A stretch of DNA of 64,000 nucleotides, from assembly GCA_963676275.1 (NCBI GenBank), contig OY781091.1, forward strand, positions 658,775-722,774, given 5' to 3'. The position numbers were made by a program, and so were the translations under genes. This document shows, in pieces, positions 32,313 to 42,397 of this stretch (positions within the stretch are counted from its first letter, which is position 1; every line of letters begins with the position of its first letter). The DNA is from an uncultured Cohaesibacter sp. (GTDB lineage Bacteria > Pseudomonadota > Alphaproteobacteria > Rhizobiales > Cohaesibacteraceae). Below the pieces are notes generated by a model that saw only the letters and a list, made by a program, of their open reading frames with translations, had not been told where the DNA came from and did not search any database.

Positions 32313-32478
32313 GGCCGCATGTCCATTGCAATCTTGCCTCCGATAGAGGCCTGTCGATCAAGGCGAGAGGCTCTGCCGGTCACGCTGCAATCATCAAGTT
32401 GCAATGCTACTGTTTGACAAGGCTTGAAAAAAAGATACAAAAAGCGTGGCATTTGCGAACCGACTGGATAAAGAATTT

Positions 32479-33093
32479 ATGGGCACATTGGGCAAAGGGA
32501 CAGGGCGCAGGCTGAAAGCAGAAGAGCGAAAGCTGCAAATCATTGATGTCGCTTCCCTATTGATCTCACAGCGCGGCTATTGGGGAATTTCCATCCGCGA
32601 CATAGCTCTGCAGTGCGAAATTACCGATACGGCAATCTTGCATCATTTCGGTACCAAAGAGCATTTGTTGCTCGCGATCATCGAAAAACGCGATGAAGAT
32701 GATCGTTGTGCCTTTGCTGATGAACTGGGTGTAAAGAGAGACGAACTCTACACGTCGATCCCGCAAATCGATCTCGAAGCGGTTTGTTCTGCAATCGTCA
32801 AACGCAATGCCAAACAGCCCGAAATCGTGCGCCTTTATGCCTTGCTCAGTGCCGAGGCGCTGCAGCCCAACCATCCGGTTCATGACTATTTCGCGCAGCG
32901 AGAGCAACAGGTCATCAATACCTTCGCTTCGGCAAAAAGCGATATGGAGCTGCCACCGCTGGTCAGAGGGCGCCTTTTGCTTTCCTTGATGGACGGGGTT
33001 CAGTTGAGATGGTTGAGGGATATGCCCAACATCGATCTGATTACCGAATGGCAAACAACCTCTGCCTTTCTTTTCAAAAGAGCCTCCATCTGA
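32479..33093 (+). CDS. TetR/AcrR-family regulator
   Basis: GYWGISIRDIALQCEITDTAILHHFGTKEHLL HTH; SAEALQPNHPVHDYF C-terminal domain. Confidence 0.9.
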   Translation: MGTLGKGTGRRLKAEERKLQIIDVASLLISQRGYWGISIRDIALQCEITDTAILHHFGTKEHLLLAIIEKRDEDDRCAFADELGVKRDELYTSIPQIDLEAVCSAIVKRNAKQPEIVRLYALLSAEALQPNHPVHDYFAQREQQVINTFASAKSDMELPPLVRGRLLLSLMDGVQLRWLRDMPNIDLITEWQTTSAFLFKRASI

Positions 33094-33158
33094 ACAGCTT
33101 TACCGCATCCGGATGATAAATTGCTGGCGCTATCTGGGCACTTCTGGCCCAATCTGAC

Positions 33159-33190
33159 GCCTCCTGCCTCCTGCCTCCTGCCTCCTGCCT
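33159..33190. repeat. 7-bp tandem repeat (GCCTCCT)x4.5
   Basis: Directly visible perfect repeat in the intergenic region. Confidence 0.9.
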
Positions 33191-33531
33191 TCGGGCAAGC
33201 GGCGTGAGCCTGTGGTTCCAATCTCACCTTTCCCGTTGTCTATGAGGGCTGGCAATTGGCTCGATGCGATGCTGTCGTCTATCGGCCCTATGCCTTGATG
33301 AGAGCAGGAGGGGGCAGCACACCGCGACATGCTGTTTGGGACGGAGGAGAGCAAATATTCTGTTCTGCAGCTTTCATTGCATAGTCAGGCATTTGGTGTA
33401 AATTGTACGGCCAGATTAAGCAACCATTAGTATGTAATGTAATTTCAAAATGCCATCAATAGTAGTATATATTACGTATTTGTTAAGCATTACCATCGCA
33501 GGTAGCGTTATCCCTGATTGCGAGGTATGTC

Positions 33532-34998
33532 ATGACTTCGAAAGAGAATGGAGAAAGCGGTTCAGACCCGAAAAAGCCAAGAATAACCGACGTTAAGAAA
33601 GAAATGACCGGAAAAGGGTCGTCAGGTTTTGCTGGCAGCAAAAGCTTCTTTCACTGGGGCAAGATTTTTGCTGGTGCCTATTTGGCTTTTTTCTATGGCT
33701 TGGCCCTCTATTTGTCCGTCATGACGCTGGCAACGCACCAGATTCAGCAAAAAACCAAGGCATTGAGCACAGAATCTGTGCCGATCTATTTCTGGCTGCT
33801 GAAAGAAGTGGGTGACGAAGATCGCCGTTTGCAGGAATTACAACAAGATTCCGCAGATATCAAAAAGCTACGCGACGAATTAAATACTGCTTATCGTGAT
33901 CTGAAAAAAGTTGAACTGGAATATGATTTAAAGCGATTAGCTTACATCAACTTTATGAATGACACTCTGAAGCCCGCCGGGGTTGCCAAATTTAAATCAG
34001 AATATGTCGGCACCTATGCGCAACTGGAGAATAAATATACGTTCCTATATTCAAATATCGAAGATTATGTTGCAGAAAATTCGGATGCAGAACTGAAAAA
34101 GCTCGCGGATTTAAGGGGCGAATTTAACGCGATCAATGTGAAGAAAAAGGAGGCTGATGCCAATTACAATATTTTGCAAACATTATTGAATAATTACAAT
34201 GAATATGAAGAAGGTAGACGGGATGATGTTAAAGTTATTCTCGAAAAGGTTTATGGCAAAAATTACATTGATCACTTCAATCAAATTTACACGCTAGCTA
34301 AAGAATTCAGATCTTTGGAAGACAGTTTCTGCATTGAGCCTTTCGGTAAAAGGCTTTGTATAATGGAAACATTGGCTACCAAACAATCCGAAATCGTCAC
34401 GCTGGTTCTGGTTCTGATCATGGGCGCGCTGGGTGGGCTCATTCATCTGACCCAAAGTTTCCTCGATAATGAGGAAACGCCGGTCTCCTATTATATTTTC
34501 AGGCCAATCCTCGGAATTCTCGCTGCTTTCTCGATTTTTGTTCTGGTCAAGGCTGGTGTCTTGGTCGTGTCGGGAGAAGGGTTTGATGAAACCAAGTCGC
34601 TCAATCCCTTCTTCGTTGCCTTTCTCGGTATTGTCTCGGGCCTGATGGCTCAGAATGCAATCATGAATCTTCGACAGGCGGGCGCTAATCTGTTCCGCTC
34701 GCAAAATGCGCTGGAACAACCGCGATGGGCCATTGCCGATCCCGGCAACAGCGTCATGGACAAGCTTAAGCAACAACCGGACAAGGACATAGCCAAGCTG
34801 GCCAAGATTCTCGACAAGGAACAAGGGCAAGTTGAGGATTGGCTCCATGGTCGTAAATGTGCGCCACTGCATGTCCAGCAAGCCGTAGCATCGTGGCTGG
34901 ATAGCGATGTTCATGAGCTATTCCACGATATGAAGACTTTCAAACCAGATAACACGCTCCCAAAAACAGGGGGCCAAGAGCAAGATCCAAATTCTTGA
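33532..34998 (+). CDS. hypothetical 4-TM membrane protein with long coiled-coil loop and HTH-like C-terminus
   Basis: RBS GAGG. One TM near aa 45-67, heptad-rich loop, three TMs near aa 288-378, then DIAKLAKILDKEQGQVEDWLHG. AT-rich. Confidence 0.8.
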   Translation: MTSKENGESGSDPKKPRITDVKKEMTGKGSSGFAGSKSFFHWGKIFAGAYLAFFYGLALYLSVMTLATHQIQQKTKALSTESVPIYFWLLKEVGDEDRRLQELQQDSADIKKLRDELNTAYRDLKKVELEYDLKRLAYINFMNDTLKPAGVAKFKSEYVGTYAQLENKYTFLYSNIEDYVAENSDAELKKLADLRGEFNAINVKKKEADANYNILQTLLNNYNEYEEGRRDDVKVILEKVYGKNYIDHFNQIYTLAKEFRSLEDSFCIEPFGKRLCIMETLATKQSEIVTLVLVLIMGALGGLIHLTQSFLDNEETPVSYYIFRPILGILAAFSIFVLVKAGVLVVSGEGFDETKSLNPFFVAFLGIVSGLMAQNAIMNLRQAGANLFRSQNALEQPRWAIADPGNSVMDKLKQQPDKDIAKLAKILDKEQGQVEDWLHGRKCAPLHVQQAVASWLDSDVHELFHDMKTFKPDNTLPKTGGQEQDPNS

Positions 34999-35013
34999 TG
35001 CAAAGAGGTATCG

Positions 35014-35856
35014 ATGCTTAAGTTTCTCCTGGTTCTGGTGGCGCTGACTGTTGCTGGTTGTGCCACCTCCTCCGGTGTGAGGGAATTTCAGACCTATGCG
35101 AAGATTTTCGATGAGGTTGTCGAAGCATCTGACACGGTTTTGAACGAAATGGCCGCCCAAGAGCGCAAGCAAAGGATCAGGGCGCTTGACGGCAAGTCCA
35201 TCTCTGATCGCCTTGAGCGTGCGGATATTTCCGTCTTTGCGCCATCCGCAGATCCGCCCTTCGTGGCCTCCTTGCGTTTTGCCGTCCAATCGGTCGCGAC
35301 GATGAATGGCGTCCTTCTTGCCTATGCCGAGGGCCAGGCTCTGGAAGTCATGAAAGAGGATGTTAAACAGCTGCAAGCAGCAGGTATCGGTTTTGAAACC
35401 CTGCAAACCAGTGATCTGGTGTCCCCGCTGTTGGTAACAAGAATTTCCCAACTGGAGGAGGGGCTTGATGTTCTGATTGGCATCGGTTCGCGTGAAGCAT
35501 TCCGCAAGGAGCTGGCAAGCTCCTCTGACAAGATCAACAATTTGCTTGATGTTGTTCTCAGCCATTCAACAATCGCTTTTAGAACCCTGACCAGTAGCGA
35601 ATTCCGAGAATATCAAACCGTCCAATTCACGAATGCTGCCAGAGCAGCAGAATTGCGACAAAAGATAGCAACCAAACGCGAGATGTTGGCCGAATGGCTT
35701 CATTTGATCGAGCTTTCGCAACAAGCCCTGAACAAGGCAATCGCGGCGTCTGCCGAGAAATCCGGCCTTGAATACAGATTGGTCAACACGGCCGTTCTGC
35801 TGGGAGACATGAAAGCAAGAGCCGATCGTATCAAACGATTGGCAGCTCAGAATTAA
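35014..35856 (+). CDS. hypothetical alpha-helical lipoprotein
   Basis: MLKFLLVLVALTVAG-C lipobox; RBS GAGG; 15 nt after the upstream stop. Confidence 0.8.
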   Translation: MLKFLLVLVALTVAGCATSSGVREFQTYAKIFDEVVEASDTVLNEMAAQERKQRIRALDGKSISDRLERADISVFAPSADPPFVASLRFAVQSVATMNGVLLAYAEGQALEVMKEDVKQLQAAGIGFETLQTSDLVSPLLVTRISQLEEGLDVLIGIGSREAFRKELASSSDKINNLLDVVLSHSTIAFRTLTSSEFREYQTVQFTNAARAAELRQKIATKREMLAEWLHLIELSQQALNKAIAASAEKSGLEYRLVNTAVLLGDMKARADRIKRLAAQN

Positions 35857-35904
35857 CCACAAGAAGAGGAAACAAATCAAACGAGAGACGAGGGGAGCGG
35901 GAAG

Positions 35905-37725
35905 ATGAGCACGGAACTGGTCAAACTGGAAGAGACTCGGTCAAAGCTCAAGGATGCCATACAGAAAGTGGGGCAATCGGATTTGGCCGATGATGAAAAG
36001 CAAAGTCGCATTCTTGCCCTTGTCGATGAGATCGAAAAGCTCGACATCCTGCATATGAACCATGCCGCTAGTGAGATTAATGCAGCAGCTCAGGCTGTTC
36101 TCAACAAGGCGATTGAAAGCAGTGAAAATGCTCTGTCCAAGATTCTAGGCGGCCTTGTGAGCGAAGTGCGTGATATTTTGCGAGTCATTCGGGATGTCAC
36201 GTCAGATCCGGCTCCTGTCGTTCCCGTTCTGGAGCCGACGCCAGTCTATAAGGAAGCCGAAGCCGCAGATGACGACCCGGTTCTGATGCGCCAGGCCAAG
36301 GGCACGAGAGCCATTTACGGACATCTTGTCCGAGCGATACAATCCGCGCTCACCAGTTCGGGCCTCGATACCAAAGGCATCGACATGATTTTTGGTGAAG
36401 ATACCGAAGGCGCTCTGACCGTATGGCGATCCAGCACGGGACGGGATGCCCTGCAGGCCGTCATTCGCGTTTCAGACTGGAAAGACCTGACCGGTTTGCC
36501 CGAGCCCGACCTGTTTGATATTTGCGCTCAGGCAACGGCCGCTTTCGAAGGTCATGGCTTTGGCAAGATTGTCGGTGATTTCGATGGCGCGGTGATGACC
36601 TGGGGCTATCATGGTTTCACGCTCAAATATGGTCATTTACAAGCCGTTCTCTTGCTCATAGATCAAGCCGATCCAAAGATACTGGGCAGTGTCTTCGGAC
36701 AGGATCGAGCAAAGCAGTTGCGCAGCATGCTTGCGATGGATCTTGGTGATCAAATCGACTGGGCGCGGGAAACCGTGCTCGACGGAAACAACAAGATCAG
36801 GAATGACTGGTTTCAGCAATTCGCAGATCTTGGCGAACTGGAGGTCACACGCAAAGCGCAGTTGGCCTACAGTCGAAAAACCTATTGGCAAGCCATGGCT
36901 GTCCCGCAAGCTGCCGCAATGGGGCTCAGCGATCCTTTGAGCTTGGGAATGCTGTTTGATGCAGCCATTCAACAGGGAGGCGCATCAAGAAATACTGTCC
37001 AGACAGTGAAAGCCAAGAAAGAAGCCAATCCGTCCATGACCGAAATGGACCTGCGAGCTGAACTCGCCCACGCCTTGCGCAAACAGCTATCAAATTCGAA
37101 ATGGGCTGAAGATGTTTACGCTCGTCGCAAAACCTTCATTACGGGGCGCGGAAGAATACATGGTTACACTTATGACCTTGGCTATTGGGGCTTTTTTGCC
37201 TCCTATGACGAGAATGAGGGACGTCTCATACCGCCTCGTTCTGACACCATTTCCGCTTTGGCCGAGCCCATTGCGGCACAACAGAGTTTTGTCGACTTCT
37301 ATAATGCCAGAGTCCTGCCCTTGGCACCCAATTTTGCTGCCAAGGAATTTCTATTCAAGGGTGGTAGCAATCTTGTCGGGTCCTGCGCTAACCTGAACAC
37401 CGATCCGCCAGAGGAATTGTGGGAAAATGTAATAGAGCTTGCCAGACTCTTGCAGGCGATACGTACAAAGTTTGGCGTACCGGTGCGCATCAGCAGCTGC
37501 TACCGCTCGCCAGCTTATAATCGTTGTATCGGTGGTGCGAGCAAAAGCCAACATATGCGCTTTACGGCAGCCGATATAACCATTGCAGATACCGGCACAC
37601 CTTTGGCATGGTACAAAACCATTCTGCAAATGCGCAATGATGGCCTTTTCGAAGGCGGGATTGGGAGATATCAAACCTTTATCCATATCGATGTTCGCGG
37701 ACATAATTGCGATTGGGTGGGTTAG
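35905..37725 (+). CDS. multi-domain peptidoglycan hydrolase: helical N-domain, PG-binding domain, lysozyme/chitosanase-like domain, peptidase M15A
   Basis: IQSAL...G...IDMIFGEDTEGAL (PG_binding_1-like); AFEG...GDFDG...WG and FDAAIQQG (lysozyme-superfamily-like); SCYRSPAYN...SQH...AADI...FIHID (M15 Zn ligands). No signal peptide. Confidence 0.8.
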   Translation: MSTELVKLEETRSKLKDAIQKVGQSDLADDEKQSRILALVDEIEKLDILHMNHAASEINAAAQAVLNKAIESSENALSKILGGLVSEVRDILRVIRDVTSDPAPVVPVLEPTPVYKEAEAADDDPVLMRQAKGTRAIYGHLVRAIQSALTSSGLDTKGIDMIFGEDTEGALTVWRSSTGRDALQAVIRVSDWKDLTGLPEPDLFDICAQATAAFEGHGFGKIVGDFDGAVMTWGYHGFTLKYGHLQAVLLLIDQADPKILGSVFGQDRAKQLRSMLAMDLGDQIDWARETVLDGNNKIRNDWFQQFADLGELEVTRKAQLAYSRKTYWQAMAVPQAAAMGLSDPLSLGMLFDAAIQQGGASRNTVQTVKAKKEANPSMTEMDLRAELAHALRKQLSNSKWAEDVYARRKTFITGRGRIHGYTYDLGYWGFFASYDENEGRLIPPRSDTISALAEPIAAQQSFVDFYNARVLPLAPNFAAKEFLFKGGSNLVGSCANLNTDPPEELWENVIELARLLQAIRTKFGVPVRISSCYRSPAYNRCIGGASKSQHMRFTAADITIADTGTPLAWYKTILQMRNDGLFEGGIGRYQTFIHIDVRGHNCDWVG

Positions 37726-37962
37726 GCTCCGTATATACTGTCTAGGGGCGGGACCATGAGTGTTTGATTATCTGGGATCGTGGGAATGCCTGAGAGTGCC
37801 TGAGAGTGGAAGTGAACGGCTCCACACCATCAAGGAGAAGATGTGGGGTGGGGCGACGCAACCATCCGAGCGAGGCCGCGCAGTGAGCGGGATGCTTCGA
37901 ACTTACTGCGCGGGGAGAGGCGCAGCCTTTATCCACATGGGTACGCAATCCGGGTGCGCAGT

Positions 37963-37995
37963 AAAAAAACGTCAATCCAACCGATTGATGACGTT
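37963..37995 (-). terminator. probable terminator downstream of tRNA-Ala
   Basis: Minus strand AACGTC-atc-AATC-ggttg-GATT-GACGTT followed by a T run. Confidence 0.5.
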
Positions 37996-38019
37996 AGGCA
38001 AGTTTGAATAAGGGAAAAA

Positions 38020-38095
38020 TGGTGGAGCTAAGCGGGATCGAACCGCTGACCTCGTGAATGCCATTCACGCGCTCTCCCAACTGAGCTATAGCCCC
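38020..38095 (-). tRNA. tRNA-Ala (GGC)
   Basis: Reverse complement GGGGCTATAGCTCAGTTGGGAGAGCGCGTGAATGGCATTCACGAGGTCAGCGGTTCGATCCCGCTTAGCTCCACCA; 76 nt, CCA end. Confidence 0.98.
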
Positions 38096-38704
38096 ACTTA
38101 AGAAGCGTCATTCTCGCTTCGTGGTGAAGCGGAACATATTGAAGCGTCTATATGAAATCAATACCCAATTTCACGAAAATGTGGATTCTTTCCCCAGATA
38201 GATGATGCCACCCGAAGGGTATGCACCCAAAGGGGAAGGGTGGCTCCATCCGCAGGTGCAAAAACAAGGCGATTTGGCCATTCTGGTGGGAAAAATCATC
38301 CCGGTAGTCTTTGGCCTTGCTCAGCAAATGCTTCTCAGTGGGGATGTCATGGGCGGCGATTGGCTGGGGAAAAGCTCAGAACGAAACAATGTCTGCGCAA
38401 TGTGCGAACAGCGCCGGTCCATTGCAAAGAGCGATCGCCAGTGCCACCAGAGGCTGAAGGCAAGATTGGGGCGAGGCTGATTGCCAATTGTGGGCGAGAT
38501 GGCTTGGGCGCATAGCAGTCGCTGCGAGCAAGAAGCAGTCTCCCGCAGTCGACATGAGGCTCAAGATAGAGAAAAAGCGCAAACCGGTGTGGCTGCGCTT
38601 TGTTCATTCTCTCGTATCATATGCGCCTTGGTGCTGGCGTCCAGCAGATGAACCTCTGGCAAGGCCAAATGGATCATATTCTGACGACAGCAGGCGCCCT
38701 GATC

Positions 38705-38740
38705 TTACTCGTCGTCTTATTCGTCGTCTTATTCGTCGTC
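38705..38740 (-). repeat. 12-bp x3 tandem repeat encoding DDE-stop three times
   Basis: Minus strand GACGACGAATAA GACGACGAATAA GACGACGAGTAA. Confidence 0.9.
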
Positions 38741-39109
38741 TTCGTTCGGAACGGCGACGTCAAGACCGATGGCATCCAGAGCTTCTTCATCTTCTTCGTC
38801 ATCGAGGAAGACGTCTGCGTCGTCGCCATCATCATCATCGTCCAGATCCGGCACATCGATATCGGAAGCCTGTTCCGCATCTGCGTCTTCAAGGGAGATG
38901 ACATCGGCATCATCTTTGCCTGCACCGGATACGGATGCTGCGAGATTTTCTTCCGCTTCATCGACCTCCGCAACTTCGGCGACCATTGGTTTGGCCAATT
39001 CGAAGATGGTCCCGCATTTGGGACAAACAATAGGATCACGGTTCAGGTCGTAATATTTAGCGCCGCAATCTGCACAGACGCGTTTGGTTCCAAGTTCTGG
39101 TCGTGCCAC
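38729..39109 (-). CDS. TIGR02300 / FYDLN-acid family protein
   Basis: LGTKRVCADCGAKYYDLNRDPIVCPKCG followed by an acidic tail. Confidence 0.92.
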   Translation of the reverse strand: MARPELGTKRVCADCGAKYYDLNRDPIVCPKCGTIFELAKPMVAEVAEVDEAEENLAASVSGAGKDDADVISLEDADAEQASDIDVPDLDDDDDGDDADVFLDDEEDEEALDAIGLDVAVPNEDDE

Positions 39110-39354
39110 AGCTTTGCCTCTTCACCTAGCAAGGTTTTCGATTCATAGATTTGACCAACTCCATTAGCCAACCTTATGCGGCCTGTCAAAAGCTAAAAGT
39201 CGAAAAGGCTGCGAATTTGCTCTTTTCTTATGAAGTTGGCGTGACGTAGTGGGCAATATGGTGTAAGTCGGGTTCCGTTTCAACGAAGAAATGGCCTTTC
39301 TGGATTGCTTCCGAACCGGACAGTCGGGACGTTGGGCCCATTAGAGAAATTTAG

Positions 39355-40704
<1,350 letters not shown>

Positions 40705-40709
40705 AGCCG

Positions 40710-41474
40710 ATGCCGGACCATCTAAGGCGCGTGCTTTCTCTCGTCCCGAGCTGGACTGAAACCCTGCTGGCCGCAGGCATCATGCCTGTTGGCCGCACGC
40801 GTTTCTGCATCCATCCGGCAGATGTGGTGGCAGACATCCCGATTGTTGGCGGCACCAAGGATTGGGACTGGGGTAGGGTAAAGGCAGTCAGGCCGGATCT
40901 CATCTTGCTTGATCGCGAAGAGAATGCCGCCTTCATGGGCCAGCAGAAGGATATTGCATGCCATGTCACCCATGTCGGCTCACTGGCGGATATGGCGCAG
41001 GCTTTCGAAGACCTCGCCAGTCTGCTGGGCTCGCAAGAGCTTGATGCCATGGCTGCGCGCAGCAGGGCGCTGCTTGGCCGCGAATGTGGCTTCTGGTCAC
41101 CGCAACAGCCTCTGCCTGCGCTCATCGAATGGGGGCGCAAGCCTCGGCAACCGATCCGCCAGATCGTCTATCTCATCTGGCGCGAGCCATGGATGGCAGT
41201 GAGCGCGGACAGTTTCATCGGCGATTGCCTTGCCCGGCTTGGCGTCCACATCACCCGGTTTGACGAGAAATATCCGGTTATCGATCTTGCCGCTTTCGAT
41301 CCTGAAACGACTCTTTTATTGTGCTCTTCCGAGCCCTATCCCTTTCTGGAAAGAAAAGGTCGGCTGGAGGAACTTCCCTTCGCCCATGCCTTTGTCGATG
41401 GAGAGCTTCTGAGCTGGTACGGCATAAGGAGCCTTCGGTTTCTGGAGCAACATCTGCCCATCAGGTCTTTTTAG
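40710..41474 (+). CDS. helical-backbone metal/cobalamin receptor (BtuF-like)
   Basis: RVLSLVPSWTETL, VGRTRFCIHP, VGGTK, SSEPYPF and DGELLSWYG motifs; no signal peptide evident. Confidence 0.8.
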   Translation: MPDHLRRVLSLVPSWTETLLAAGIMPVGRTRFCIHPADVVADIPIVGGTKDWDWGRVKAVRPDLILLDREENAAFMGQQKDIACHVTHVGSLADMAQAFEDLASLLGSQELDAMAARSRALLGRECGFWSPQQPLPALIEWGRKPRQPIRQIVYLIWREPWMAVSADSFIGDCLARLGVHITRFDEKYPVIDLAAFDPETTLLLCSSEPYPFLERKGRLEELPFAHAFVDGELLSWYGIRSLRFLEQHLPIRSF

Positions 41475-41577
41475 ACATGCTTAACCTTGACTGAAAGAAG
41501 CTGGGGGTTGGGCGCTCGAATAATCATATATGCATCTTTTGATTGTATTCTTCCCGCATTGCTCTTGATGGAGAAGA

Positions 41578-42348
41578 ATGATGTTGCGGATTATGTATTT
41601 TGCCGTTGGGTTGATGGTTGGTGTCGCCTGGATGGGGTTGGGCGGATTGCCATATCGTCTCAGCCAGAAAGTCATGGCCCCGCTCGCGGCCTCCTTGCGC
41701 TCGGAAGTTGATCTGCATGCGCCTGCTGAACTGTCAGCTGGCTATGATCAGCCAAGAAAGATTTTCATCGACAAGAGCCTGATTGACGCACCTCTCAACT
41801 TCACCTGGAACTATATCTCGGACAATCCCTCCTATGGCAACGCAACCTGGATTCACTATGGATCTATTGGTGATGAAGAAGAGCAGTTTGTTTTGGGTTA
41901 TAACCTGCCGCCAATGCTCGGCGAGCGCAAGAAAGGCCTGCGGGCATCAATCGAGCAACTCAATGTATTCAAGAACAAGAAGATCAGGCTGGCATTCGGG
42001 GGAGCCAACCGCAAGCTTTTGACCGATTTCGGTGAGATGGGCTTTGCAAGCTTCGGCTACAAATATAATGGCCTGTTGAAGCTTTGCCTCGCATTTCAGA
42101 GTTCCGACTATCATAATGGCTTCCTGCTGGAAGGCTTCTATTGCGCACCAGCAAAAAAGGTGCCAGTCGATACGCGGCTGACATGCCTGATAAACTCTGT
42201 AAAAATTTATGACGAGGCCTATTGGTTGGCACCCGACTCTGGTAAAGCTGAGCGCAAATCCTGTGATCCGGCTCAGCAAGAGGGAAGCAACGAGGCAAAA
42301 GCCGCCGTGCCCCCCAAGGCTGGCCCCGATGGTGTAAACGGGATCTGA
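41578..42348 (+). CDS. hypothetical protein with N-terminal membrane anchor
   Basis: Hydrophobic N-terminus; co-oriented and closely spaced between its neighbours; no family recognised. Confidence 0.65.
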   Translation: MMLRIMYFAVGLMVGVAWMGLGGLPYRLSQKVMAPLAASLRSEVDLHAPAELSAGYDQPRKIFIDKSLIDAPLNFTWNYISDNPSYGNATWIHYGSIGDEEEQFVLGYNLPPMLGERKKGLRASIEQLNVFKNKKIRLAFGGANRKLLTDFGEMGFASFGYKYNGLLKLCLAFQSSDYHNGFLLEGFYCAPAKKVPVDTRLTCLINSVKIYDEAYWLAPDSGKAERKSCDPAQQEGSNEAKAAVPPKAGPDGVNGI

Positions 42349-42397
42349 CCGGAGCCTCGGATCCGGGTTGGCACAACACAGACCGGATGGACATGCG

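Noticed and set aside
33159-33190. Cuckoo sRNA or CRISPR interpretation of the GCCTCCT repeat
   Set aside because: No flanking stems as at 54011-54120 and no spacers; it is a simple tandem repeat.
33532-37725. Prophage lysis cassette (holin/endolysin/spanin)
   Set aside because: No phage structural, replication or integrase genes nearby, and the proteins are much larger than typical holins or spanins. Kept only as an analogy.
38100-38700. Small ORFs upstream of tRNA-Ala (38202-38480, 38240-38515 and others)
   Set aside because: No recognisable motifs or clear RBS, and they overlap in conflicting frames; likely promoter or spacer DNA.
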